A stretch of 64,000 nucleotides of DNA, taken from NCBI GenBank assembly GCA_028534125.1, contig CM052816.1, forward strand, positions 17,858,001-17,922,000, read 5' to 3'. This document shows, in pieces, positions 50,569-63,410 of this stretch (its first letter is position 1; each line of letters begins with the position of its first letter). The position numbers were made by a program, and so were the translations under genes. This DNA comes from Lama glama (lineage: Eukaryota). The notes beneath the pieces were generated by a model that searched no databases, was not told the origin of the DNA, and saw only the letters and a list, made by a program, of their open reading frames with translations.

Positions 50569-52995
50569 GTGAGAGAGGGGCAGAGGGGCAGGCAGCGGCT
50601 GAGAAGGCAAGCTACCCAGAACCATCCCAGGTGGCCAGGGGGACGGCGCTGTCTCCTGGTCAAGGCACAATCGGGCATTACACCTCCAGGGGAAGAATGA
50701 GCCTCAACCTGAACCCTGAGGATAAAACCATATAATTCTGTATGATCTCAGGCCCCAAGCTCACTAGGCTTAATGCTGAGCCACTATCAGCATTTCTATT
50801 GAAGTAAAAAACACGGCTGTTATTTAACATTGATTTGGAAGGAACAGCTGATGTGATTAGAAAAGGGAAAGATACGAGGTATAAAAATTGAAGAGAAAAA
50901 ATTATCACCATTTGCAGATAATATGGACTGCACACCTGAAAAATTCAAGGAAACCAACCAGAGTAACTATCATAAATAAAATGAGAATTTAGTAAGGTGG
51001 CCAGGAACAAATTTAGTATTGAAACAACCACCAGTGAGGACATATAATGGGAAGAAAATGGATTTCGTTTATGCTGGTATAACAGTCAACACCAGGGCAG
51101 TGTATCTGAGAACAAAACTTGTAGCTCCACTGGTTTATAGGCAGACCCTGCGCTGGGATAAAAGGGCTCAATAGTGTAGAGCTGTCAACTCTCTCTGGAT
51201 TCATCTAATTCTTCCCTTTAGTGGTGATGTAACCTTTTTGCCTGGAAGCCAAAAGGACTCTTTACCTTTCAAGAACATAAATTTCCTAGGACGTATCTTA
51301 GTTTTGCTCATCCTGGTTGCTGTCACTTTTTCCTGAGACACAGTGTGTTCCTTTGAGCTCTAGAATTAAAACTTTAATCTTAAGAGCACCAGTAATATGG
51401 CTGTCTCAGCTCAGTTTTGCTGCTTCAGGTATATCTTTCCTTCTTTATTGCTTAATTTTCCTCTTTATGTCATTTATATCCCTGAGTGTTTGTGTCTCTG
51501 CCTTATACAGTCTTTTTTTCATTAGAATCCTTGCTTTCTTGGAAAAATCTTTGGTAAATATTGTCCTCTGCTTAGCAGCAAACGGTTTCTGCTGTGAATT
51601 TTTCATCTGCAGTTTTTTCTTGCAGCATTTTTAGTAGGTCTCAGTCTTGATTCATTTCCCCTTATCTTTCAATAAGTAGCGTTTTAAAAATGACTATAGG
51701 ACAACTTGAGAAAGAGCCTGACAATTAGAAACTTCATACTAAACAGACACCTTGCTCACAGGAATGACTGGGACGCTCCTTCTGCGCAGTGACAGAGACG
51801 TGCATTTCCATTTGTAACTGGTTGTTGTAAACACGTGAGACAGTTCTAATACATGGTCTAGTGCAGTCTAAGAATTCAATCACTGCTCATTATTTGTCAT
51901 AGCAAGTGCTACCTTGAATCATTTTAAATCCCGAAGGCAACAAAATATACTCAGTAGCCGGATTCTCTCAAGGAACAAGCAGCGAGACCAGGCGGCACTG
52001 TGAAAGCCCCAGGGTAACAGATGTAAATGGGTGCTCAGGTGCTTCCTCCAGGTTCCACACCTGCAGGTACAGAGATGGTATAAGTGTCTGCAGAATCTGA
52101 ATTCATGGTCTGCGCTGGAGGACCGTGAGCCAACAGGGCCTCCTAGAGCCACAGCCTCGGCAAAGGTGAGTCACGGTAAAACTCCAGACTCGAGGTCACC
52201 TTTCTTCTTGCCTGGAGTGGAAGGAACCAGGGTAGCACACACTTGCCTATGCGCTGCTTAGCCACGCGGCTCCTACTGTATCAGTCTTTCGCTTGAGAAC
52301 TGCCCGTTTGGAGCTCGTCCATAGCAACATGTGCTTGATACCTGAGGGCTTGGAGGATGAGAGCTACAGAGACCAGCTGCAGCCACTCAGCTAGGAAGCG
52401 GCAGAGCCCGGCGTCCAGGTCTCACTCTTCTGTCCTCACTGTCTCTCTAGGTCTCTTCTGTCCCTTCAGAGTCGTCCCTTGAAGCCCTCTGTTTTACTTT
52501 CTTGGGGTGTGAGGGCTAAAGTGGGCATTCTAATCCTCTTTCTAAACTGCAGCAAGACTGGAGGGTGACTAAATATTTTTCCAAGTCTTTGGATTCAGTA
52601 TATGTGCCCTCTAGTTTAAAGCTTTGGTCCTAGTTCTCAGCTCATAGAAATCTTAGCTGATAACAGACTTTCTGCTTTAGGTAAAAATCACCTAGAGACA
52701 CTTGGTATTTGCTTGACTTGCTGGTGGGGAGAAAGATTCCTGTACAGTGCAAGTAGCCCACAAATACTATTTTAATACGTATAGCACCAGGTACTTGTGT
52801 ACCTATGTATTTAAGATTTCTTAAACTTAGTAACACCAATGTCCTAAATCTGTTTTGCCGCACAGTAATAATAGCACATGGAGTAATTCCACTCCCAGGT
52901 GTGTCATTGTGTACATTTCACATCAAGAGTGAAGCCAATCATTAGAGATTATATCCCTTCCCATCTGGAAACTGACTTACATAAATTACTTTTAG

Positions 52996-53058
52996 GTCTC
53001 CCTTGCCAGAATGAAATGAACAGGATTCAGAAGTTGAGCAAAGGGAAGAGCTTGTTGG
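52996..53058 (+). CDS. SPOCK1: Testican-1 coding exon (exon 9), start of the thyroglobulin type-1 domain
   Basis: ttttag| ... |gtaagt; 63 nt. Encodes LPCQNEMNRIQKLSKGKSLL(G); branch-point-like ctgac about 20 nt upstream. Confidence 0.96.
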
Positions 53059-56000
53059 GTAAGTGCCATTTCTTGACACTCATTTAAACAACTAATTAAA
53101 CCATCCATGTCTCTTGTAATATTGAGCACAGCAATGGTTATTCAATTAGGGACTAGTGTTTCGTGAAAGAAATTCCCCGTCTTACCCCAGATAGGGCTCT
53201 TCCAGGAAGCTGGTGATGTGCCCTAGGCAGCTGGACAGAACCCGAGGCCCAGGTAACAAGCTGAGAAGTACTGCAGGCTCCATCAGCCGGACAGCATTCA
53301 AAGGTCACCCGTGGGCCAGTTGCCTGGGTGGACACTGAGCCCCATCTCTACTGCTCATTCCTCCCTGGCCTTGGGCTCCAATGGCCCTTGACTTTTTCTT
53401 TTTTTCAAGTACGCCCATTAAATAAAAGAGTTTCCCACATTCCCCAGATCAAGTTGTGCATTCAAGGAGGAAGATAAGCTGATTTCCTTCTAAATTTATC
53501 AGACAGGGTCCAAGGACTTGAGCATACTTAAAGACATTTGTTTCATGTGCATGATCCCTGGACTCTTTGTCCAGATGCTGAGGCAGAAGCAAGTGGGTTG
53601 TGTGAGTATGTTTTTCCCTGACATGCTGCCCTGTAGCCGAGGTAAAGGTCCCTTTAGCCCCACACCCTCCTTCCTGCAGGACTCACCTGTGGTTGTGGCA
53701 CTCAGACCATGCCATTGCCGACACAGCAGAGGAACCTTATCTGTTACTCTAAAAAGACAGCTGGCAGCTGCAACACAATAATTCAGTTATTCTTGTTCCA
53801 CATTCAGAAGCAGGTGCACCCCCTAAACAGCTGCCATTTCAGGTGTTTATCTATTTATTTACCTGAAGGAAATGGGCAAGTTTTTGCAGATTGTCAAATA
53901 CAGATGGTCTGTGACCTCTGGCTGTTCACTTTGAGTTTTGGGTCACCTTACGGTGGATCCCCGTCCTTTCCTCTACTTTTGAAAATTACTTATTTCCCTG
54001 GCTTGCCTCACACTTTCCACTTCTGATAACACCCTTTTCAACTCAGAAGGAGCTCCAGAGTTGTGATTTTGACCTGTCTGGGTGTCGGTTCTTCTCCAGT
54101 GTTTTTTAAAAACAAACATCCTTCTGGTTCTCCCTTCCATAGGGCTTTCCAGTGCAAGGACTCGGTCCTACCTCTCTGATTGCTCCATGTGGGAGGTCAT
54201 TTTGGTCTGAGTGACGTGCCTAAGAGAACTAGCAGAGTGCTATTTTTATAAATGTATTTTCATTACATGTGGTATCTTCTTACTGCTTCATTAATAATGA
54301 GGTACTGTCAGGGATGCGGTCTGAGACTAGAAGATGATTTCTTCCCCCAGCGCACATCAATGAAAGGCCTACCTTTGTCTGCCTAGGCGTCCCGCTTAGT
54401 TTCAAGCTCACTTTATCACATCTCCCCACATAGGGAGATTACACTAGCTGACTCATAAAAATACCATTTATCCTATCTGCTTACAAGTTATTTTTTACAT
54501 GAGAAAATCTAATATAAATGTGTATTCAGGGGCATTCGGACTCAGAAAATGAAATAAGAAATAACAAATTAGAATCAGTTATAATTACTGCCTTAGAAAA
54601 AAATGGTAATTCTATTACATTATAGGTAGAGTAGCACCTGCTTCTTACCAACCTGGAGGCTCAACCCAGCATGCATTTTTTTGTGTCTATTAAGTACTAT
54701 TGTTTTACAGCTGCAGGGCGAGGAGGAGGACCAGCATTTCCCCAGCTTTTTACTAGTCCATCTTTGCAGAGCTTGACTGGCAATCTGTTAACAAATCTGC
54801 CTTTTGGTTACTGAAGGCATTTTTTTTTTCCTTCCTCCTATTTCTGCAGACTGGAGGTGCTGTGCACTGGCTGAGTTTCTAAGTTAGAGTGTGGGCACCA
54901 CTTCTAATTGTGGCATTAGCAGACTTGACTTACCTGTCCCTTAGGAGTGGTTTTCTTGGGACAACTTCTGATCCTTGATCTCTGAGAGCCTTGTCATCTT
55001 GGAATAGCCTGGTGAACAGTGAGTAGTTGGTAGAATCAGCTGGATCTGTGGTTACTGCCTCCCCATTTCATAAAATTCATAAAATAAAAGGTAAATTTAA
55101 AAACCCTGTCATCCTGAAAAAACACACAAATAAATTTAGAGACTAGAAAACCAGAGGAGTGGAAGCAGAAACCTCCATCTTCACATGGGTGAGGTAGACA
55201 GTAGTTCTCCCGCAGTACATGAGCTCACAAACACATGCACACACTCAAAGAAAAATTAAAACTAAAGACTCATAAATGCTACTACCTACAGCTGAGTGAG
55301 GATCAGACTGGTAACACTTGTGTAAGCACAGAGAATACTGTCTTCAAAGCTGAGGGGAAATCACTTTGCACCTAGGTATTTATTTCCATGATCACATGAC
55401 AGAGACATTCTCAAACTAAAGACGCATGGCCCAGACTTACTAACGCATCACTGAAGCCTGTGATACTCAGAAAACAAATGATCCCAGAATTATTATTGAG
55501 ATGCAACTGTGGAAAGGAAAAAGGCATACTGCTAAATCTAAATAAACATAACTATACAAATAAACAAGTGTTTTGCTAATAAGCTAGAATTAAAATTTCA
55601 TACTGTAGGGGGCAGTGAGAAAACTGTGTTGAGTTTCTGGTTAACTTTAGCTCTTAGGGAAAAAAAATAGGCTTCTCTGCATACTTAAAGGTAACAACAA
55701 AAATACTGGAAATAAATAGAATATACAGCTTTTAAACTTACAGAAGAAAACCATGGAATAAAGAAAACTTGACCATTTCAACAAAGAGCAGGAAAGGAAG
55801 AAACAGTAAATACAAAATATAGTGGTAGAAATAAAAACATACCTGTAATCACAATAAATGTGAATGGGCTAAAAGTCAATTATTATGAGACAGACTATTA
55901 AAATCTGACAAAAGCAAATTGTTTTGAATTCTCAAAAGGGGGAATATCATCTTGCTAAAACATTTTTTACCATATAATGTTTTGTATTAAAGTTAGTTAT

Positions 56001-57768
56001 AGGTATTCTAATTAATGACAACAGAATTGCAAGGAAGAATTGTCATATTTACAACCCAGAGACTTCACTGTAACCTCTTATTGAAACTTACAGTTCAAGT
56101 AGACAAAAAAGAACATAATTAGTATTCTTATACATGTAGTCCTGTGTACACAGGCATAGAATATAGTCCTTTCAAAGACACATTAATATATGTCATGGAT
56201 TATGCCACAAAAGACAACTAAAACTAAAATATACCTCAAAAAAGTATCATAGCTCATATTCACTCTCTACAACACAATAGAAGTAGAAGATTACCCAAAG
56301 ACAAGAAAAAAATAAGTCATCCAAATTGAAAAAAGAGGAGTAAAAAGTTTCTTTGTCCGGAGATGAAATGATTTAACCAAGGGGGTGAAAGATCGCCATA
56401 CTGAAAACTGCAGACACTGATGAAAAGAATCCCATGTTCATGGATTAGAGGAGTTAATACTGTTAAAATGTCCAAACTACCCAAAGCCGTCTATAGAGTC
56501 AATGCAATCAGTGGCATTGTTTTTCTTTTACTGAAGCAGGAAACACAATCCTAAAATTATGTGGCAGTTCAGAAGACCCCAAATAGTCAAAGCAATCCTA
56601 AGAAAGAACAGTTCCGAGTTTCCAGCTATAACGTAAGCGACGGTCATCACAGCAGTGTGGTACTGGCATAAGGACAGACACACAGGCCCATGGGACAGAA
56701 CAGAGAGCTCAGAAATAAACCCATGCAGGTAAAATCAATATATTCAAAAGGCAGTCTCTTCAATAAAGGGTGCTGGGAAAATTGGATATTCACATACAAA
56801 AGAATGAAACTAAACTCCTAATTTGCACCACTCACAAAAATTAATGGATCGAAGACTGGAAAGCATAAAACTCCTAGAAGAAAACAGGAAAAAAAGCTCT
56901 GGACATGGGCCCTGGCAGTGATTTTCTGCATATGACACCTAAAGCAGAAGCAACAAGACAAATGGACTTATTTACAAAACAGAAACAGATTCACAGATAT
57001 AGAAAATAAACTTAGGGTTATTGGCAGGGCGGGGGTGGGAAGGGATAAATTGGGAGTTTGAGATTTGCAGATACTGACTAATATATATATATAAAACAGG
57101 TAAACAACAAGTTTATACCATACAGCACAGGGAACTCTATTCAATATCTTGTAGTAACTTATGGTGAAAAAGGATATGAAAGCAAATCTATGTATGTTCG
57201 TGTATGACTGAAGCATTGTGCTGTACACCAGAAATTGACACACTGTAAACTGACTATACTTCAATAACTATACACAAAATAAATAACTGGGACTATGTAA
57301 AATTTAAAAGCTTCTGCAGAGCAAAACAAACTAGCAAGAAAATGAAAAGACAACCTACAGAATGGGAAGGAATATTTGCAAACCATGTATCAGATAAGGG
57401 GTTAATATCTAAAATATATAAAGGACTCATACAATTCAATAGCAAACAAAAACCCCACAAATAATTTAATTTGAAAAATGGACAAAAGAACTGAATATTT
57501 TTTCAAATGACAGTATTCAAATGGCCAAAAAGTACATGAACAGGTGCTCAGCATCACTAATCACAAGAGAAATGCAAATCAAAACCACGATGCATTATCC
57601 CTTTGTGCCTGTGAGAATGACTGTCATCAAAAAGACAAGTGATAACAAATACTGGCAAGGATGCGGGGAAAGGGAGCCCTTGTGCACTGTTGGACAGGTT
57701 ATAAACTGGTACTGCCGCTATGGAAAACAGTATGAATGTTCCTCCAAAAACTAAAAATAGAACTACCA

Positions 57769-58422
57769 CAAATCAAAACTACANNNNNNNNNNNNNNNNN
57801 NNNNNNNNNNNNNNNNNNNNNNNNNNNNNNNNNNNNNNNNNNNNNNNNNNNNNNNNNNNNNNNNNNNNNNNNNNNNNNNNNNNNNNNNNNNNNNNNNNNN
57901 NNNNNNNNNNNNNNNNNNNNNNNNNNNNNNNNNNNNNNNNNNNNNNNNNNNNNNNNNNNNNNNNNNNNNNNNNNNNNNNNNNNNNNNNNNNNNNNNNNNN
58001 NNNNNNNNNNNNNNNNNNNNNNNNNNNNNNNNNNNNNNNNNNNNNNNNNNNNNNNNNNNNNNNNNNNNNNNNNNNNNNNNNNNNNNNNNNNNNNNNNNNN
58101 NNNNNNNNNNNNNNNNNNNNNNNNNNNNNNNNNNNNNNNNNNNNNNNNNNNNNNNNNNNNNNNNNNNNNNNNNNNNNNNNNNNNNNNNNNNNNNNNNNNN
58201 NNNNNNNNNNNNNNNNNNNNNNNNNNNNNNNNNNNNNNNNNNNNNNNNNNNNNNNNNNNNNNNNNNNNNNNNNNNNNNNNNNNCAAAATGTTATGATAAA
58301 TCACAGAGAAAAAAATGTGACAATGAGTGTGTATATGTCCATGAATGACTGAAAAATTGTGCTGAACACTGGAATTTGACACAACACTGTAAAATGATTA
58401 TGAATCAATAAAAAATGTAAAA
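57769..58422 (+). mobile_element. Young 5'-truncated L1 nested in an older L1 and spanning the assembly gap
   Basis: Exact 16-bp TSD aaaaatagaactacca at 57753-57768 and 58423-58438; starts caaatcaaaactaca; ends with AATAAA and an A-tail. Confidence 0.85.
57784..58283. other. Assembly gap (500 N)
   Basis: Run of exactly 500 n. Confidence 1.
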
Positions 58423-59379
58423 AAAAATAGAACTACCATATGATCTAGAAATTCCACTTCTGAGAATATATCCTAAGGGAATGAAAATACTATGTCAAAG
58501 AGATACCTGCACACCCATGCTCACTGCAGCATTATTTACAATCGCCAAGACAAGGAAACCCGTGTTCATCAATGGATAAATGGATAAAGAAGTTGTTACA
58601 TGTATATACATGACACAATATCATTCAGTCACAAAAAAGAAGGAAATCCTGCCAATTGTGACAAGGACAGACTTTGAGACCATTATGCTAAGTGAAATAA
58701 GTCAGACAAAGAAAGACAAATGCTGTATGATCACTTATGTGTAACTTAAAAACAAACTCATAGAAAAAGAGCTGAGACTAGTGGCCGCCATAGGCAGGGG
58801 GAGAACTGGAGGAAGGTGGTCAAAAGGTACAAACTTCCAGTTATAAGATAAATAAGTACAGGGGATGTAATGGACAACACGACAACTCTAGTGAACATGC
58901 TGTGTGGTATATCTGAAAGTTGTTAACAGAGTAAATCCTCAGTTCTTATCGTAAGGGAAAAAAGCTTTCAATACGTATGAGATGATGGATGTAAACTAAA
59001 TTCACTGTGGTATCATATCATTATGCTATATGATATAAGTCAGATCTTTGTGCTGTGTACCTTAAACTTACACAGTGTGCTATATGTCAATTATATTTCA
59101 GTAAAACCATAAAAACTTCCAAAATAAAACAAGTTACTAGTAAGAGTAGTACCAAAGAGAAAAATAAGAATTCATCAAAGAAGGAATGCTGTCTAACCTT
59201 GAGCAAGTCCTAGAACCATGTTATCTGGACTGAGAAATAGCCAAGCAGCCCATCCTGTCCTGTCAGCTCCGCAGCAGATGCCCCATGTGCGGTGTGAGCC
59301 CTCTCTCTCCTCTTCAAGGGCATTAACTCTGAGTGTCTGTTCACTTCTCGGATTCAAGTTGGACCTTTTGTCCCCCCAG

Positions 59380-59517
59380 GAGCATTCATACCTCGATGTA
59401 ACGAGGAGGGCTATTACAGAGCCACACAGTGTCACGGCAGCACAGGGCAGTGCTGGTGTGTGGATAAGTACGGGAACGAGCTGGCCGGCTCCAGGAAACA
59501 AGGCGCCGTGAGCTGTG
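59380..59517 (+). CDS. SPOCK1: Testican-1 coding exon (exon 10), thyroglobulin type-1 (CWCV) domain
   Basis: cccag| ... |gtgagt; 138 nt. Encodes AFIPRCNEEGYYRATQCHGSTGQCWCVDKYGNELAGSRKQGAVSC(E), containing the diagnostic CWCV motif. Confidence 0.98.
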
Positions 59518-59921
59518 GTGAGTAAGCACAATGGCCTCTGATGACTTGTAGGTTCTCACCGTGTAAGGCTCTGGGCACCAGAATTTCTAGAGGTCGCTGA
59601 GGTCTACAGTGAGAGAGTTTACAATGCAGACACAATAACCCTGACATCACATGAGATGAAGCATAAGACCTGGCTTTTCGAGTGGCAGGAACTCACCATG
59701 ACTAGTGATTTGCATTAACAAGAAGGTAGAAGCATCTCTAGAATTATGGGGCTCACATCAAAACAGAGCTTAAGGTCCATGCCACGCAGACTAGCCCCAC
59801 CGGGGCAGGGATGATCCCATTTTCAGAAGGTAAATGGCATGGTTTTGCCCTCCCATGAAGGAGGTAGTGAGGCACGAGCAGAAACTAACCTCAAATCTTT
59901 TCTTCCTTCCTGATGTTTCAG

Positions 59922-60112
59922 AAGAGGAGCAGGAAACTTCAGGGGATTTTGGCAGTGGCGGCTCTGTGGTCCTGTTGGATGACCTAGAGGATGAGCGGGA
60001 GCTGGGCCCACAGGACAGACTGGGGAGGCTGCGGGTGCACACCCGGGCAGTGACGGAGGATGACGAGGACGAGGATGACGACAAAGAGGATGAGGTCGGG
60101 TACATATGGTAG
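59922..60112 (+). CDS. SPOCK1: Testican-1 terminal coding exon (exon 11), acidic tail with Ser-Gly GAG attachment sites
   Basis: tttcag| acceptor. Encodes EEQETSGDFGSGGSVVLLDDLEDERELGPQDRLGRLRVHTRAVTEDDEDEDDDKEDEVGYIW, stop TAG at 60110-60112. Confidence 0.98.
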
Positions 60113-63100
60113 TCCCCACGAGGAGGAGGATGCGAGCTCTGCACACAACTGCAAGTCACTTCCTGTTCCTGCGTTTGTATCTAAGACTCCACGGCCCATG
60201 GCCTCTTCTCCATTGTTGCCCTCTCTACCCAACCTAAGGTTTGGAAGACGACTCCTTGTTCCCAGAGCATTCTGATTGATTTTGCATACGGTGTGTGGGA
60301 AGAAGGGTGTTGGGTTTTCTTTTTTAGACAGAGGAATGGCTGGTTGAATTAGAGCCTCCTTCCCTCCCGTGAGTTTTTTGCAACAAGCATGTGATGTATG
60401 TGGGATTCTGACAGCGCAGGGAGCCCCCACCCTCTAAACATCAAAGACCCTTTCCATCACCCACACCGGTGGTTATTACAGCATGGTTCCCGGCCTTACC
60501 GTGTCTAAGTGCTTTTCTTGTGTCCTGTAGATGTTGTGGAAAACACACCACACTGTACCTTTCCCCCCTGCCCCTCCCCACCCACCCTGGTGTTTATTAT
60601 TACACATTAGTTTTTCACATCACTCGATCTGGCTTCCTACAAACAACAGCCTTAATTCAGTTAAGAGTCCCTTTGGGGAACTGATCTTCTCTATTAAAAG
60701 ATACTTCTCTCTGTACGTGCATCAATATTTGAGTCTGTACAGAAGAGACTGTACACACCTCTCAGAAAAAAGGGTTTGGGTGTCTATTGAAAATTCACTT
60801 GGAAAAAAATTACACATTTGTCAGTATGTCCAGACCTGGGGTCATAGTCTGTGGAATAGGGAATTTGTACCGAAGTCCTTTCTTTGCACTAACGGCTGGC
60901 ACGTGTAGCCTGCAGGCTGAGGAGGCTGCTTCTCTATGCAGCGGCAGAGTTACCGGGAGCCTCTTTGATTTGGAGGAGCCTCTGTCTGCCTAAATCACTT
61001 TTCTTGCAGAAGCCATGTGACTCCCACGTGGGCAGCCTCACAAGCCATCTCTCTCATTTCAGCTCAAACCCTCCCCTGGGCTGCAGCAGGCCTGTCTGCG
61101 GCACGTTCCTCCCTTCCCTACCTACTCAAGGGCTTTTTCTAAGGCATGTCCACGTACCCCCTGCTCTCCGGGAAGGTGGAACTATAGTGTTCCATAGCAG
61201 AAGAAAATTCAGGATTCTTAACTCGGTGTTTCAGTTTGCCCCTTATCTATCCATAAATCGTCATCATGATGAGGGTACAAAAGCTGTACAGATTTTTTTT
61301 CAATCACTCATCATTTGTAAAGAATCTCAGATGGAGGCCTAGAAAAGAACTTCAGGGAAGCACATGAGAAGTAGGGTTGGATTTTTAAGAGCTAGTCTGT
61401 GCCCCACCCCACCCCCACCCAAAGCTGCATCAAGGTACAAATGAAGAAAGCCCTTCACCACTGCGTTTCTTTTTCCTAAGGAAACTCATTGTCCAACTCT
61501 AGCTCCAAGTTTGGTAAGGTCATCATCTCTATTGTCTTTAGGATTTTCCTCTCCCTATCAAACTGGCCCAGGCACAAGTACCAAAGAGTAGTCTTCAAAG
61601 TGGCCCCATTCAGTTCAGTACAGGGCCTCAAGCTCCTGTCCCACCTGGTGTCCGCCTACCTGGATGTCCTAATCAGCCACCGCGCAAGGCTCTCTGGCCC
61701 ACATATGTTTTTCTTCCCTTCCTGAGCTCCAGCCAGGCCACCAGAAGACCACATACACTCAGGCAACAAATATAGTCAATCAGACTGAGATCATGGGGGC
61801 AGCTGACCAGTCTTCACCCCAAATTGAGCATTTGTACTTTACCAGCCCACCTCTAACTAGTATTTTCCAGTCTTTGCATTGGCCAGACCCACAGGCAATA
61901 TCCCTGGAGTTGGCTCAGATGGGAAATGAACTTCTTGGATACAGCAAACCCGTTTGGCCTGACAGACAGGAGGACAGCCAGCACCCCAGCTGTAGGGAGA
62001 CCACAGGCAAGCTCTGTACTGGGATCTCTCAACTCTATCACCTCCATTTCAGTACTTTTTTTTTCTCACTTGAACAAAAACTCTGAGATAGTAATTTAAA
62101 AAACAGCTGCATAATTGCAGCTAAACACAATCAAGTGTATAAAAGAATCGAGGCATATTTAAAAAATCTCAGTTTAGACCAACAAAGAAAACCATTGTTA
62201 CTGTCTCCTCTGAGCCTGGGAAACACACAAGAGGACAAATTAAAATCGACAAATTGATTTCACTTACAGAAACTTCTAGTAACAGAGCAAACCACTGATT
62301 TTAATTTGCCTAATTATCTTATGACAAGTGTCAAATTAAGATGACACTTAAAGACCCTTGGCATTAACTTACTGATGGAGAAGAGTGCTCAGTAGTCAGT
62401 TCCCAGTGAGGTAATGAGATGCTCATCTTCAGAGAGATTCCAAGAAGGTATTTTTGATTCATTAAGATATTAAATAAAAAGCCCTCTTATGACTGGAACC
62501 CAAAATCAGTGGAGCAACATTAAGGCCACTTTTTGTGCCTCACTTTGGCAAGACAGCATTAGTTTTTAAAGGTACTTTTCATCAGTACTAAAGATTCGTG
62601 TCTTTAGTTACCTTAGCCTTAGCAGAATTTTGTTTTCCTCTCTTTCAGCAGGAGTCTTTTAGCAGGTGACTATGTATACATAAAAATCTTGATTTACAAA
62701 AAATAGTGCTGTGACCATCATTCCCTTGTTGCAGAAAAGTATGGAGGTGAATCTTTGCAGACTCATTTTTCGAACCTCCTTAGTGAAATAGTTTTATCCT
62801 TATTCCATAAGTGGATCTTTGATTTTATACCATTTCCTTGGCATCCAAGTTAAACCCTAGAATTTTCTTCCACAATGAGTTCTCTGCCATATCAGTGTCT
62901 ATTTATTTCCACAAATACTCTAAGCATGGGAATACCCTCACACTAAATTTGAGGTTTCGTATCAGTTCCTTCTCCTTCACGCCCGTCTCCCCCCACCCGG
63001 CAGTGAGCGGCGCCGTGCCTGTCCAGCTCTGCCCTCTGCTCCTCCCAGGACGCCACTTACGGCTATCGCTTTCTTTTCTTCTTCACTTTGGCCACACTGT

Positions 63101-63410
63101 ACAGTACGTCCCAGAGCCCTTTCTACAGTGGGTGGTTTTGGTCTTTTTCTACCTTTTCGTCAGAGTCACTGCTGTTCGTCCCTGTCCACTGTGTAGCACT
63201 GTAATGACAGCCACCAAATCCTGAGTGCCAGTCTGTCGTCCCTCTTGTAGATGAAATAGTAAAGTAGAAAACCTAGTAAATTCTGAATGCTTTCCCACGT
63301 AGACTTATCTGGAATGTGAACACGACTCTTTGGTTAACAGTAAATGCTTAACTGTAGTCCTGAGTAGGTGCATTTCTGTCTGTCTCAATAAATTTTAATT
63401 TGTCTGCAAC
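60113..63410 (+). other. SPOCK1: SPOCK1 3'UTR (~3.3 kb)
   Basis: Repeat-poor sequence between the stop codon and a canonical poly(A) signal; end position approximate. Confidence 0.8.
63387..63392 (+). terminator. SPOCK1: Distal polyadenylation signal AATAAA
   Basis: AATAAA followed ~15-20 nt later by CA dinucleotides and a GU-rich downstream element (tgagtgttgtgtttgttcgt, ~63414-63433). Confidence 0.85.

Larger units (their letters stand above)
55600..59115 (+). mobile_element. Older sense-strand L1 complex in intron 9 with two nested younger L1 3' ends
   Basis: ORF2 remnants (57521..57754 ITREMQIKTTMHY...) and an L1 3'UTR ending ...caattatatttcagtaaaac at ~59106; nested inserts at ~56957-57270 and 57769-58422. 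Confidence 0.85.

Noticed and set aside
57699..58382. Long ORFs of 186-227 aa
   Set aside because: Artefacts of translating the 500-N gap.
60110..60125. Stop-codon readthrough of SPOCK1
   Set aside because: TAG-TCC is not a known leaky context such as TGA-CTAG.
59791..60430. Overlapping antisense ORFs over the last exon
   Set aside because: Shadow frames of the purine-rich acidic coding sequence.
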